This document shows positions 10,935 through 20,264 of a DNA stretch of 64,000 bases, piece by piece. Each line of letters opens with the position of its first letter. Positions within the stretch are counted from its first letter, which is position 1. The stretch lies in IMG/VR virus record IMGVR_UViG_3300036770_008730; one strand, given 5' to 3'. The notes under the pieces were generated by a model that was not told the DNA's origin, ran no database searches, and saw only the letters and a program-made list of their open reading frames with translations. The position numbers were made by a program, and so were the translations under genes. The DNA comes from a virus (Duplodnaviria; Caudoviricetes).

Positions 10935-12980
10935 ATGTTAAGTAGGTTATCTTCTTTTTCTGGTCCTAAGTCTGTTTTATTCAAAATACCTGGTGGGTTT
11001 ACACTTTCTGGATTAATATTGAGATATCTTATATCAGACACTGATTCATATTCGGGAACAACTACGGTAACTGACTTAAAGAGTAATTCGAACGCAACAC
11101 TTAGCGGTGGTCCTACTTTTTCAGGTAATGGATATTTAAATTTTGATGGTGTAAATGATTATTTACTTACAAGTACATCACTTGATCCTGTTTTATCACC
11201 TGTTAATACATCCACTATAATTTCTTATTTTCTTTGGATTTACCCACAGGATAATGGTGTCATAGTTAATGAGTTAGGATCATCGAGTATATTAGCAGGA
11301 TGGCATGATGCACAGATTGAAATGGTTTCGGGAACTCTTAGATTTGCTGTTTGGCCTCACTTAGGAGGTTACATTACATCTTCTGTATTAACTCCGTTAA
11401 ACAATTGGTATTATGTTGGGTTAACATATGATGGCTCGACATTAAGAGCATGGGTAAATTCACAATTAGCAGGAAGTCTTACAATTACAAGACAATCACC
11501 CAATAGTGGTGGTGCTGATTTATTTTATGGAATTGCAGTAGCTGATACTACTAATTTAGGGGATGGCTCATATGCCAAAATGAAATTTGGTGATTTTCAT
11601 GTTTACAACATTGCTTTATCATCCCAACAAATTCTTAATAATTACAATGCTACTAGAAATAATTATATCTTTACAACTGGTATGTTAATCTGGATAGATG
11701 CAAATGATCCTCAAAGTTTTTCAGGCGGTTCAATTAGTGATTTAAGTGGTAATAATTACACACATACTTTAGCATCAGGTGCTACCTCATCTAATGTTTA
11801 TGGATTCAAATCATTTAATTGCACAGCTGTTTCAAATAGCTCTATCAGAGTAAATGGCACAGGACCGACACTTTCTACAACCGGATACACTTATGTGACC
11901 TGGGCAAGAATAAAGTCCGATTCTTCTACATATAGAACTCTTTTTAGAAGTGCTCCTAATGACCATGCTATTTTAGTTGATATAAATACAGATAATTTAG
12001 GATTCTGGGATAATGACTCTGGTGTTTCAGGGTTCAAAGATTCTGGGTATGATGTTACTTCAATCGAGGAAAAATGGGTTCAATATTCTGTTGTTGGTGA
12101 TTCTTCAAGTAGTATATTTTATATAAATGATGTACAAGTTGGTTCTGTTTCTTTTGGTGCAGGTGGTAATAAGCATGATTATTTTGGATCAATTGATGGC
12201 CAACCTTTTGGATATGTTGGAAACATGATGTTATATAATAGAAAGTTAACACAGACTGAGATTAAACAAAATTATGATGCTCTTAAAAATGTTTATGCTA
12301 ATGGTGATTTTGTAAGCAATAATTTGATACTATATTATAATCCGGCTAGTTATTTAAGCTATTCTGGTTCTGGAACGAATGTATCAAACTTATCATCTAA
12401 TTCACTAAACGGCACTTTATCAAATGTTACTTTTGGAAAAACATACTTTACTTTCAATGGATCCAATTCTCAAATTACTATTAATGATAATAGTTTGTTA
12501 GAACCCGGATCTGGCGATTGGACTATGGAGGTTTGGATTAAACCTACATCTCTCTCAGCACCCGGACAAGTAGTTTTGGGTAAGTTTGATCCTGGTGGAC
12601 TTTCAGCTGATATTTCTTATGCTATAAGAATTTCTAGTAGTAATGTTAGAGCTGATTTTAGTAATGGTACAAGCGCAGTAGTTACATCCAATTATACTCT
12701 TACCTTAAATACATGGACACATTTAGTTTATGTATTCAATAATGTTGCAAATAATAATATAATAACATATGTAAATGGTGTCTCTTACAGTACAACAACT
12801 CATAGTTTTGCTAGTATATTAAATACATCAGCTAACCTTTATTTAGGTTCATATAATGGTGGAGAATATTCTCAATATTTTACTGGTCAGATGGGAATAG
12901 TAAGATTATATAATTCTGCTTTAAGTGCCTCTGATGTTTCTAAAAACTTTGAGGCAAATAGATTAATTTACGGTATTTGA
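10935..12980 (+). CDS. Multi-LamG (concanavalin A-like lectin) virion protein, putative receptor-binding
   Basis: Three repeats with LamG hallmarks (LNFDGVNDY; NNWYYVGLTYDGSTLRAWVN; MGIVRLYNSALSASDVSKNF). Preferred ATG 10935. Confidence 0.8.
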   Translation: MLSRLSSFSGPKSVLFKIPGGFTLSGLILRYLISDTDSYSGTTTVTDLKSNSNATLSGGPTFSGNGYLNFDGVNDYLLTSTSLDPVLSPVNTSTIISYFLWIYPQDNGVIVNELGSSSILAGWHDAQIEMVSGTLRFAVWPHLGGYITSSVLTPLNNWYYVGLTYDGSTLRAWVNSQLAGSLTITRQSPNSGGADLFYGIAVADTTNLGDGSYAKMKFGDFHVYNIALSSQQILNNYNATRNNYIFTTGMLIWIDANDPQSFSGGSISDLSGNNYTHTLASGATSSNVYGFKSFNCTAVSNSSIRVNGTGPTLSTTGYTYVTWARIKSDSSTYRTLFRSAPNDHAILVDINTDNLGFWDNDSGVSGFKDSGYDVTSIEEKWVQYSVVGDSSSSIFYINDVQVGSVSFGAGGNKHDYFGSIDGQPFGYVGNMMLYNRKLTQTEIKQNYDALKNVYANGDFVSNNLILYYNPASYLSYSGSGTNVSNLSSNSLNGTLSNVTFGKTYFTFNGSNSQITINDNSLLEPGSGDWTMEVWIKPTSLSAPGQVVLGKFDPGGLSADISYAIRISSSNVRADFSNGTSAVVTSNYTLTLNTWTHLVYVFNNVANNNIITYVNGVSYSTTTHSFASILNTSANLYLGSYNGGEYSQYFTGQMGIVRLYNSALSASDVSKNFEANRLIYGI

Positions 12981-13013
12981 TACATTTAATTAATTTTTAT
13001 TCTTTTTTATTTT

Positions 13014-13022
13014 TAATATATA
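13014..13022 (+). promoter_or_regulatory. Putative phage late promoter TAATATATA
   Basis: Exact motif 24 nt before the micro-ORF ATG at 13047. Confidence 0.5.
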
Positions 13023-13046
13023 GTTTATCAAAAATTATTAACCACT

Positions 13047-13094
13047 ATGAGTAAAATTTGGGTAAGAATTGCCTGGGATGGTACTGCATGGTAA
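13047..13094 (+). CDS. 15-aa micro-ORF MSKIWVRIAWDGTAW
   Basis: ATG13047-TAA13094, read manually; lies between two TAATATATA motifs. Confidence 0.45.
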   Translation: MSKIWVRIAWDGTAW

Positions 13095-13096
13095 TT

Positions 13097-13105
13097 TAAT
13101 ATATA
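13097..13105 (+). promoter_or_regulatory. Putative phage late promoter TAATATATA
   Basis: Exact motif 4 nt before the ATG at 13110. Confidence 0.55.
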
Positions 13106-13109
13106 CACT

Positions 13110-14069
13110 ATGATTAAAAGATATCTTCAGTTTATAAAAGAAGGTCAAATAGAAGAATTCAATTCACTTGGTGAGTGGATTGAATCTTTATATAGTGATG
13201 ATTATATCAAAAATTTAGTTGCTAGGTATACAAAGGAAATCGACCCTACAGTTAGACTGGCTAATGCAATTAACATTTTAGAGGACTTAGATAAAAAAGA
13301 ATTAAAATCTCAAGTAGAATATTATCTAAAGAATGGTATTGAAGAAAAAGAACCTAAATTTTTAATTTCTACTGATTTAGAACCTTTAACAGAATCAGAA
13401 ATATCTGTAGCTGGTAAAGGTATATTTACTTCCTTTTTGAAATGTCTTACAAGCTTAGGACAGAAGGAAAAAGAACCAGATTGGAAAATGTGTCCTGATA
13501 ACTTTTTACTATTCTACTATTTTCCACTTTTAGAATCTAATGTAGTAAAACAAATTTTTACAAGATTCAAATCTCTTTCTTATTATTTAGACTTAATTGA
13601 TTATCAAAAAAATGAAACAAGTTTATATTTTGGTATTAGATGTGATGGTTTATTTGAATATGGTTTGCATTATGAGACTTTCACACCAATAGGTCAATTC
13701 AAATTATCTAAATCAGTTATGAAATGGATATGTCAATTAGAATCTAAATCAGCATCATCTCTTAAAAAACAATTAGTTAATTTAACTTATGGAGATATAA
13801 TAACTTTAGGTTCAATTAAAAATGATATGAAAATTTTTACACCTGGTTATCACGAAAAGAAAATCACACCTTGTTTAAATGATAGAGTTATTAGTTTTGG
13901 TTATTATGGGTGTGGTAAATGGGATAATGGAAGATTAGACGAAGGAGAACTTAGTAATATAAAATCTAATTTTTCAACATTTGCTTTAAGTAGAAAATGG
14001 GGAGATAAGATACTAATAAGTATAAAACCAGAATCTTTCTGGATAAAAATACATATCAAATTGAAATGA
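13110..14069 (+). CDS. Hypothetical protein with capsid-targeting-like leader
   Basis: 319 aa, starts MIKRYLQFIKEGQIEE. Confidence 0.6.
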   Translation: MIKRYLQFIKEGQIEEFNSLGEWIESLYSDDYIKNLVARYTKEIDPTVRLANAINILEDLDKKELKSQVEYYLKNGIEEKEPKFLISTDLEPLTESEISVAGKGIFTSFLKCLTSLGQKEKEPDWKMCPDNFLLFYYFPLLESNVVKQIFTRFKSLSYYLDLIDYQKNETSLYFGIRCDGLFEYGLHYETFTPIGQFKLSKSVMKWICQLESKSASSLKKQLVNLTYGDIITLGSIKNDMKIFTPGYHEKKITPCLNDRVISFGYYGCGKWDNGRLDEGELSNIKSNFSTFALSRKWGDKILISIKPESFWIKIHIKLK

Positions 14070-14392
14070 GACTTATAAAAAAATTTGAAAATTATGCTCA
14101 AGATTTACCAGAGCAACTTCCATATAAAAGAGATGAGGAATCTGTAAATATTTTTCCAAAAGAAGAACTATCTGAAGAAATTCAATATGAGGAAGATGAT
14201 GAATTTGTTATTACTAAAATTGTTGAAAATTTCCCATTTGATGAGGTAAAATCAAGAATTGAAGATGAATCAGAAGATGATAAAGAAACAGTATTGTTAG
14301 ATATGATTGTTTGGTTCAGAGATACCTTTGGTAAAGAAATTAAAAATGAAGATTATATTCTCGATAGATTAAGAGAAGAATATAGTATTTAA
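14066..14392 (+). CDS. Small acidic hypothetical protein with leader MRLIKKFEN
   Basis: 108 aa, E/D-rich, ATGA overlap with the upstream gene. Confidence 0.6.
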   Translation: MRLIKKFENYAQDLPEQLPYKRDEESVNIFPKEELSEEIQYEEDDEFVITKIVENFPFDEVKSRIEDESEDDKETVLLDMIVWFRDTFGKEIKNEDYILDRLREEYSI

Positions 14393-14442
14393 TAAACAAC
14401 TGATGAAAACTTTTCTATAATAAAGAAAAGTTTTTTTGTTTT

Positions 14443-14943
14443 ATGAATAAACCAAGTAAAGAAGATATAATAAACAAATGGTCATCTATTTTAGGACCTA
14501 TGGGTATTACTGGATCTCAATTAGCTAATATATCTCAGTTAGTCGAAAATCAATCAAATCACATTTTAGAAAATCAGTTAGAAAATGAAGAAGCTAGCAT
14601 CGACTTTTCTTCTCTTCTACCAATTGCTATGAAAGTTGCTTCTAAAACAATCTCAAATGAATTAATATTTGCTTCTCAAGAAGAAATTGACCAAATTAAA
14701 AATAAAGTCCAATCTGAAAATCGTGATGGTAAAATTGAATCTATTGTTGAAGGTTCAGAGTTTACTGAAAAGAAATTAGAAGATGATGAAGAGTATAAAA
14801 AACTAATGAAGAAAGGAGTTTCACCTTTATCTGCTCCCTCTGGAGTATTACATTATTTAGATTATACTTATAATGATAATTCAAAAACTAAAACACATAA
14901 GAAAACGAGAAGAGCTGGAAAAAAACATAAGAAAAATGGGTAA
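14443..14943 (+). CDS. Short protein resembling the N-terminal part of a T4 gp23/gp24-type major capsid protein
   Basis: KWSSILG...LVENQ...LLPIAMKVASKTISNELI...GVSPLSAPSGVLHYLDYTY matches gp23-family N-terminal motifs; only 166 aa; basic tail. Confidence 0.6.
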   Translation: MNKPSKEDIINKWSSILGPMGITGSQLANISQLVENQSNHILENQLENEEASIDFSSLLPIAMKVASKTISNELIFASQEEIDQIKNKVQSENRDGKIESIVEGSEFTEKKLEDDEEYKKLMKKGVSPLSAPSGVLHYLDYTYNDNSKTKTHKKTRRAGKKHKKNG

Positions 14944-15118
14944 ATTTGTGAGTCCTGGAGTTTATGTAAAAGAAGTTGATATCTCAACTTGGATAGTCTA
15001 TAAAAATATTCAAAGAAAGAAAAAAATAGCGAAAATACTTGGAATTGATTACTCTCCTAATGTGATTATAACTTCTACACCAAAAGGTGGTCTTGTTAAC
15101 TTTCCTCAAATTTGGTAA
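14936..15118 (+). CDS. 60-aa protein starting with a tail-sheath N-terminal motif
   Basis: Preferred ATG 14936: MGKFVSPGVYVKEVDIST, the typical SPGVYVxExD start of contractile sheath proteins, then QRKKKIAKILG. Confidence 0.6.
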   Translation: MGKFVSPGVYVKEVDISTWIVYKNIQRKKKIAKILGIDYSPNVIITSTPKGGLVNFPQIW

Positions 15119-15150
15119 GAGAATCATGTTGAGTAGATATATACATTGTT

Positions 15151-15483
15151 ATGTACAATGTGTATCTCATATGCTCTGAAATCGAAGGTAAAAATCTTTA
15201 CAAAATTGGATACACTAGAAGAGAAATAGAGAAACGAATAAAAGAATTCAAAACAGGAAACGCTTCTTCTTTTTATATTGTAGATTCATTTCAATCAGAA
15301 TGGGGAACAAAAATCGAAGCGAGATTACACAGAGTTTTCAATCATAAAAAAATAAGTGGTGAATGGTTTGATCTAGATGAAAATGATATAAAAGAGTTTT
15401 CTAAAATTTGTAATTCTCTACACTCTAATTTTAAATTAATATCAACTCAAAATACTTATTATTTAGATAGAGGTGATTTTTAA
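15151..15483 (+). CDS. T5orf172/Mug113 (GIY-YIG-like) nuclease domain protein
   Basis: YKIGYT...EKRIKEFKTGN...EARLHRVF...GEWFDL. Confidence 0.85.
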   Translation: MYNVYLICSEIEGKNLYKIGYTRREIEKRIKEFKTGNASSFYIVDSFQSEWGTKIEARLHRVFNHKKISGEWFDLDENDIKEFSKICNSLHSNFKLISTQNTYYLDRGDF

Positions 15484-16620
15484 TGCCTCATTTATTTTAT
15501 CAATTACCATTTCAGCAGTTATTTGCTTAGTACATTCAAACTGTCTTTCTGTTCCTTTATGTAGGGGACACCAATTCCAATCTCCAGCATCTAATTTGTG
15601 AGTATTAAAGCAACCATTACAAACACTTTCATTAAAAACTCTAAATGTATTTGTTGTTGTTTCACTATATGGTTTACTAAATCCCGAAATTAAAACAACT
15701 GGTAGTCCACAAGACCAAGCTAACCAAGATAAACCAGACCCCAATCCAATAAATAAATCACATGTAGATAAATCATCAATAACTTCTTGTAAAGACCCAC
15801 CTTTGAATTTAGTAGTACCTTTTGGATGAAAGTTACCCATATATCCATCATTTTCTTTTGAATAGATAACAACTTCATATCCTATACTTTTTAAGTAATC
15901 AACTACTCTTTGCCAACCACCTGAATTATTCCAATATTTAGCCTGTGCTGTTGAGTGTAGACCTAATCCCACTTTCTTTTGTTTTTGTATATTTGGTTGT
16001 TTAAGTAGAGGTTTAATTTCAGTATATTCTAGACCAAGTATATCACAGATTGTTTGTTGTAGAGGTAGTAGTTTGAAATCTCTTGGATTTTGAGATGATT
16101 TAAATTGATCATTTTCATAATACCAACCAATTTTATACATCGCATAGATATTTTGAACTACTTGACCAGGATTTACAAATTGAATATTATTGTATTGTTC
16201 AATAAATAAATAATTGTGAAAAGTTGAAACTATAATCTCACAGTTGTGTTTTTTTCTGAACTCTTCAACATACGGAATCCAAGCTAGTGTATCACCAATT
16301 GAATTAGAATCAAATGCAATATAAACTCTTTTATTTTCAAAATTGACATTATAATCTAAAATAATTTCTTTTGATTTAGAGTTATGAATTTTTATATTCC
16401 AATTTACAAAGTATTTGATACCTGATCTTGACCACATGTTTTTTTTCAGTTTAGATTGATAATGCAATTTACCATCATTAAACATTTGTATTGTGTATTC
16501 ATCATCAATATCGCAATCAATTATTTCTACAAAAGCACCATCAACGAAATTGATGGATATTTTAGGTAAAATTACTTTTTTGATTATTTTTTGATTTTTT
16601 GTTAAGTTATCATATATCAT
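15463..16620 (-). CDS. Autotransporter O-heptosyltransferase (Aah/TibC, BAHT family)-like glycosyltransferase
   Basis: SIGDTLAWIPYVEEFRKKH, STAQAKYWN, FIGLGSGLSWLAW, VVLISGFS, and a tetra-Cys motif CNGC-x13-C-x11-C. Confidence 0.85.
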   Translation of the reverse strand: MIYDNLTKNQKIIKKVILPKISINFVDGAFVEIIDCDIDDEYTIQMFNDGKLHYQSKLKKNMWSRSGIKYFVNWNIKIHNSKSKEIILDYNVNFENKRVYIAFDSNSIGDTLAWIPYVEEFRKKHNCEIIVSTFHNYLFIEQYNNIQFVNPGQVVQNIYAMYKIGWYYENDQFKSSQNPRDFKLLPLQQTICDILGLEYTEIKPLLKQPNIQKQKKVGLGLHSTAQAKYWNNSGGWQRVVDYLKSIGYEVVIYSKENDGYMGNFHPKGTTKFKGGSLQEVIDDLSTCDLFIGLGSGLSWLAWSCGLPVVLISGFSKPYSETTTNTFRVFNESVCNGCFNTHKLDAGDWNWCPLHKGTERQFECTKQITAEMVIDKINEALKITSI

Positions 16621-16698
16621 GACTATTTTATTAACTTATAAAAATTTGTTTACTAAACATATTGAAATTTAATAAATATAAAAAACAATAAATTAATT

Positions 16699-16971
16699 AT
16701 GCAATCATTAAAAGAAAGTTTTATCAGAGAGTACATAACACAAATAGATTTCAAAAGAGATAATTGGAAATTATCTAAAATGAAAGAAGATATGAGAAAA
16801 TTCTTGGGCGAAGAACCAGGTATAGAAGTTGTCTATAGAAAAGATGTTATGATTAATGAAACCACTCAAGAGCCGGTTGAGTTTGTTGATGTTGATAAAA
16901 TAGAAATTATCTTTACCGATCTTGATAATAGATTCAAAAAATTGGAATTTCACGTAAATCAAACATTATAA
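16699..16971 (+). CDS. Hypothetical protein
   Basis: 90 aa ORF, TAATAAATA variant motif upstream. Confidence 0.6.
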   Translation: MQSLKESFIREYITQIDFKRDNWKLSKMKEDMRKFLGEEPGIEVVYRKDVMINETTQEPVEFVDVDKIEIIFTDLDNRFKKLEFHVNQTL

Positions 16972-16972
16972 A

Positions 16973-17188
16973 ATGAAGATAGAAAATTATTATTTAAATT
17001 TAGAAAAAGTAAATACACTTACTAAAGAAGATAAGGATTATATTCATAGATACTATCAAGATATGATGCATCATTTTATGGAGGGTAGAACAACTATTGC
17101 TCAATCTTTATTTCTTACTTTGATGAATCATGACTGTCTAATTGATGTTAGAGATAAAAAATTATCAAAAATCTTAGATGAAAGTTGA
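16973..17188 (+). CDS. Hypothetical protein with C-terminal RDKKLSKIL motif
   Basis: 71 aa, tightly packed in an operon. Confidence 0.6.
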   Translation: MKIENYYLNLEKVNTLTKEDKDYIHRYYQDMMHHFMEGRTTIAQSLFLTLMNHDCLIDVRDKKLSKILDES

Positions 17189-17534
17189 TATTTTAGATTA
17201 TTTAGGAACAATTCAGAACGGAGCATTGGTTCTCATTTCAATAGTTTATGAAAATGAGTACTATGAGGGCACGTTCTATTACAATAAAGATAATATTCTT
17301 GCATTAACTGTTGAAGAGAGATTAGAAAAGGTTTTAGGATGTTCTATTGAAGAATGGAGAGATTATAATGAAATTATGATCAGTCTTATAAAAAGAGTTG
17401 TTCCTGTCAATGAGATCGTTTCAAGATTGGATGAGATAGATATTAAAAAATATACTATTGATGCTATAAATAAACAAATAGTTTATGTTGAGAGTGAAGA
17501 AAGTCCACTAAACCCAACTCAATCTGAAATATAA
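17178..17534 (+). CDS. Hypothetical protein
   Basis: 118 aa, overlaps the upstream stop. Confidence 0.6.
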   Translation: MKVDILDYLGTIQNGALVLISIVYENEYYEGTFYYNKDNILALTVEERLEKVLGCSIEEWRDYNEIMISLIKRVVPVNEIVSRLDEIDIKKYTIDAINKQIVYVESEESPLNPTQSEI

Positions 17535-17559
17535 TAATTTTTTAAATTTTTTCCAATTC

Positions 17560-17649
17560 TTAATCATCATATCTATCTTTGCATTCACCTCTACCTTTAT
17601 TAAAGAGTGTCTCTTCCTTTTCTAAATCACATTTTTTACAAACCTTCAT
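17560..17649 (-). pseudogene. 29-aa remnant of a Zn-finger-led (HNH/EndoVII-type) endonuclease gene
   Basis: Manual translation MKVCKKCDLEKEETLFNKGRGECKDRYDD*; CxxC...EK...F...CKD ends where a fourth Cys is expected. Confidence 0.45.
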
Positions 17650-17677
17650 AACAAATATCGATGTTTTTACTATAACA

Positions 17678-17686
17678 TATATATTA
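17678..17686 (-). promoter_or_regulatory. Putative phage late promoter TAATATATA (minus strand)
   Basis: Exact motif 28 nt upstream of the ATG at 17649. Confidence 0.45.
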
Positions 17687-17704
17687 AAAAATAATTATTT
17701 ATAG

Positions 17705-19450
17705 ATGATAATAGGTGAGATTGGTATAAGGGGATTTAAGTCCTTTGGTAATAACGAAACTGTACTAAAACTAAATACAGAGAAAGGAGAACTAATTCTC
17801 CTTGTTGGTAACAATGGCGCTGGTAAATCATCATTATTAGATTCTTTTGATTATACTCTTTATGGTAAGGTTAGAGGAAAGAAAAAAAGATGGACCACTC
17901 TTTCTACTTTACCCAATCGTATAAATGGTGAATTACTTAATCGTATTAAATTCATTTCAAATTCTACCGAAGTAGAAATAAAAAGAGGTATATCTCCAAA
18001 TCTTTTAGAGTTATATGAGAATGGTCTTTTAAATGAAAGAGCTGGCAAAGCTAATCTTGATGAGAAAATAGAAAAGTATATTGGTATGGATATTGAAACA
18101 TTTAAATCATTTATCTCCATGTCAATTAATGATTTTAAGAACTTTATTTCACTATCAAATGAAGAAAAACAACTACTTCTAGATAAGTTATTTAATTTAG
18201 AAGTTATCAACATTTTAAATTCTATTTTGAAAGATATTAATAAAGGAAATAAAATTAGAATGGCTTCAATTGATAGTGAAATTAAAACACTTGATGAATC
18301 AATACAGTCAATTAAAAGGTCTATTGAAAAGGCACTTGAAAGAGAAAGAGAAGAACAGAGATTAGCACTTGAAAGAGAAAAAGAAGATATTCAATTTGAG
18401 ATTGATAAATTGACTACCGAGATGAGTTCAAAAAAGGATGACTACAAAACTCTTAAAGACAAAGTAGAAAAAATAAAAAATAAAGAAACCGAACTTAGTG
18501 ATGAATTAGAGATTGAAAAAAAACAACATCTAAATACACAAAACGATATTAAAAATGTTCAAAAAGAAATTGACCTTTATGATTCTGGTAAATGTCCTAC
18601 TTGTAAGACAGATTTCAACTCAGTTCATTTCTCAAGCTTAAGAACATCACTTGTTGATAAAAAAACAGCTTTTGAAAATATCAAATTAGAAATTGAGGAA
18701 AATATAAGAAAGATTAAAGAAAAACAACAAAAACTTAAAACACTTTCAGAATCAACAACTACTGCTTTCAATGACTTAAACTATCTTCTTAAAAACATAA
18801 AAGCAGAAATTGATAAACTTACTCAGAAAAAAACCACACAAACAGTTTCTGTTAAATCATCACCATCAATTAATACTAAAGAATTTCAAAATACTATAGA
18901 TGAGCTAAATGATAAGAGAGTTGTTGCTAAGGAACAAGATACAATCTGTAAGGAAAAAGAACTTTACTACAAAGAGTTGAATAGAATTTTTAGCGAAGAT
19001 GGTGTTAAAAAGTCAATTATCTCTGGTATTATTAAACCGATTAATCATTTTATCTCCGATAACATTAAAAAGATGTCAATGAATTTTGATGTAAGATTAG
19101 ATGAAACTTTTACAGCCGAAATTAAACAACTAGGTAGTATAATTGAACACGATTCTCTTAGTACGGGAGAAACTAAGAAAATCAATATTTCAATTTTGAT
19201 AGCTTACTTAAAATTAATAAGAACAAAAAGGCATATCAATATTTTATTTTTAGATGAAGTTTTCTCTTCAATCGACATTGAGGGTATTGATTCAATTTTG
19301 ACATTGTTGAAGTCGTTTGCTAACGACTACAACATTAATATATTTGTAGTACATCATGCTATATTAAACCAAGAAATGTTTGATAGAATAATTAAAATCA
19401 ATAAAGAAGTTTTTTCCTCAATTGAAGAAGTTTTATTAGATAATATATAG
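17705..19450 (+). CDS. sbcC: SbcC/Rad50/T4 gp46-like recombination ATPase
   Basis: Walker A GNNGAGKSS, coiled coils, Zn-hook CPTC, signature LSTGE, Walker B FLDE, H-loop VVHH. Confidence 0.92.
   Translation: MIIGEIGIRGFKSFGNNETVLKLNTEKGELILLVGNNGAGKSSLLDSFDYTLYGKVRGKKKRWTTLSTLPNRINGELLNRIKFISNSTEVEIKRGISPNLLELYENGLLNERAGKANLDEKIEKYIGMDIETFKSFISMSINDFKNFISLSNEEKQLLLDKLFNLEVINILNSILKDINKGNKIRMASIDSEIKTLDESIQSIKRSIEKALEREREEQRLALEREKEDIQFEIDKLTTEMSSKKDDYKTLKDKVEKIKNKETELSDELEIEKKQHLNTQNDIKNVQKEIDLYDSGKCPTCKTDFNSVHFSSLRTSLVDKKTAFENIKLEIEENIRKIKEKQQKLKTLSESTTTAFNDLNYLLKNIKAEIDKLTQKKTTQTVSVKSSPSINTKEFQNTIDELNDKRVVAKEQDTICKEKELYYKELNRIFSEDGVKKSIISGIIKPINHFISDNIKKMSMNFDVRLDETFTAEIKQLGSIIEHDSLSTGETKKINISILIAYLKLIRTKRHINILFLDEVFSSIDIEGIDSILTLLKSFANDYNINIFVVHHAILNQEMFDRIIKINKEVFSSIEEVLLDNI
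19441..19449 (+). promoter_or_regulatory. Putative phage late promoter TAATATATA heading the nuclease-rpsU-dnaJ cluster
   Basis: Exact motif 4 nt before the ATG at 19454, overlapping the sbcC 3' end. Confidence 0.5.
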
Positions 19451-19453
19451 ACT

Positions 19454-20257
19454 ATGAAACACTTTTTAATTTTTTTATTTTTACTGTTATTTAACAATAT
19501 TATTGCACAAACCGATACTTCTAAATTAAACATCATTTCCTGGAATATTCAAAATTTTGGTAGATCAAAATCCGAATTGGTAGATGTTATGAATTATATT
19601 GCTTCTAAAGTAAAATCATATGATATAGTAGCTGTTCAAGAAGTTTCAACTTCTGAATTTGGATCACAAGCTGTCGCCAAATTAGATGATTTGTTGGATA
19701 GAACTGGTTCATCTTGGGACTATATTGTATCAAATCCTACTACTGGACAAGGTTCAGAAAGATATGCTTATTTATACAAAAAACATAGAGTGTCTTTAAA
19801 GTTTGCTGATTTGGAAAAATCATTACAGGATTCACTTAATCGAGAACCGTTTAGAGCGATTTTTATATTCAAAGGACAAGAATATTTTCTTTTTAATTTA
19901 CACTTAGTGCCAACCAATAAGCACCCAGAAATAGAGGCCCAAAAATTAGGCCATTTAAATAAAACCTATTCTGGTAAAAGAATAGTCCTGATGGGTGATT
20001 TAAATCTTAGTCAATCAAATTCTGGATTCAATAGTCTAAAAAAATTTACTAAACCAACTTTAATTAGTAAAAAAACATCATTAAAAATGAAAGAAGATGG
20101 TGTTTCACCAATGAATATGGAATATGACAACTTTTTTATATCAACAAATATAAATTTAACAAAGTCTGATGTAATCGAGTTTTGGAAAGACTACAAAGAT
20201 CTGAAATCGGCAAGAAAGGTATCAGACCACTGTCCAATATATTGTATAATAAAATAG
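19454..20257 (+). CDS. Endonuclease/exonuclease/phosphatase (DNase I-like) with N-terminal signal peptide
   Basis: SWNIQNFG, AVQEV, ERYAYLY, REPF, HLVP, MGDLN, YDNFF, SDHCP; leader MKHFLIFLFLLLFNNIIAQ. Confidence 0.9.
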   Translation: MKHFLIFLFLLLFNNIIAQTDTSKLNIISWNIQNFGRSKSELVDVMNYIASKVKSYDIVAVQEVSTSEFGSQAVAKLDDLLDRTGSSWDYIVSNPTTGQGSERYAYLYKKHRVSLKFADLEKSLQDSLNREPFRAIFIFKGQEYFLFNLHLVPTNKHPEIEAQKLGHLNKTYSGKRIVLMGDLNLSQSNSGFNSLKKFTKPTLISKKTSLKMKEDGVSPMNMEYDNFFISTNINLTKSDVIEFWKDYKDLKSARKVSDHCPIYCIIK

Positions 20258-20264
20258 TTTTATA

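Noticed and set aside
14431-14442. TTTTTTTG-N4-ATG before the capsid-like fragment as a further host-type promoter
   Set aside because: It lacks the TA of TAnnTTTG; the spacing matches but the evidence is too weak to call.
15151-15483. T5orf172 gene as an intron-borne mobile element
   Set aside because: It is free-standing; neighbouring genes are not interrupted and no intron or terminal repeat features were seen.
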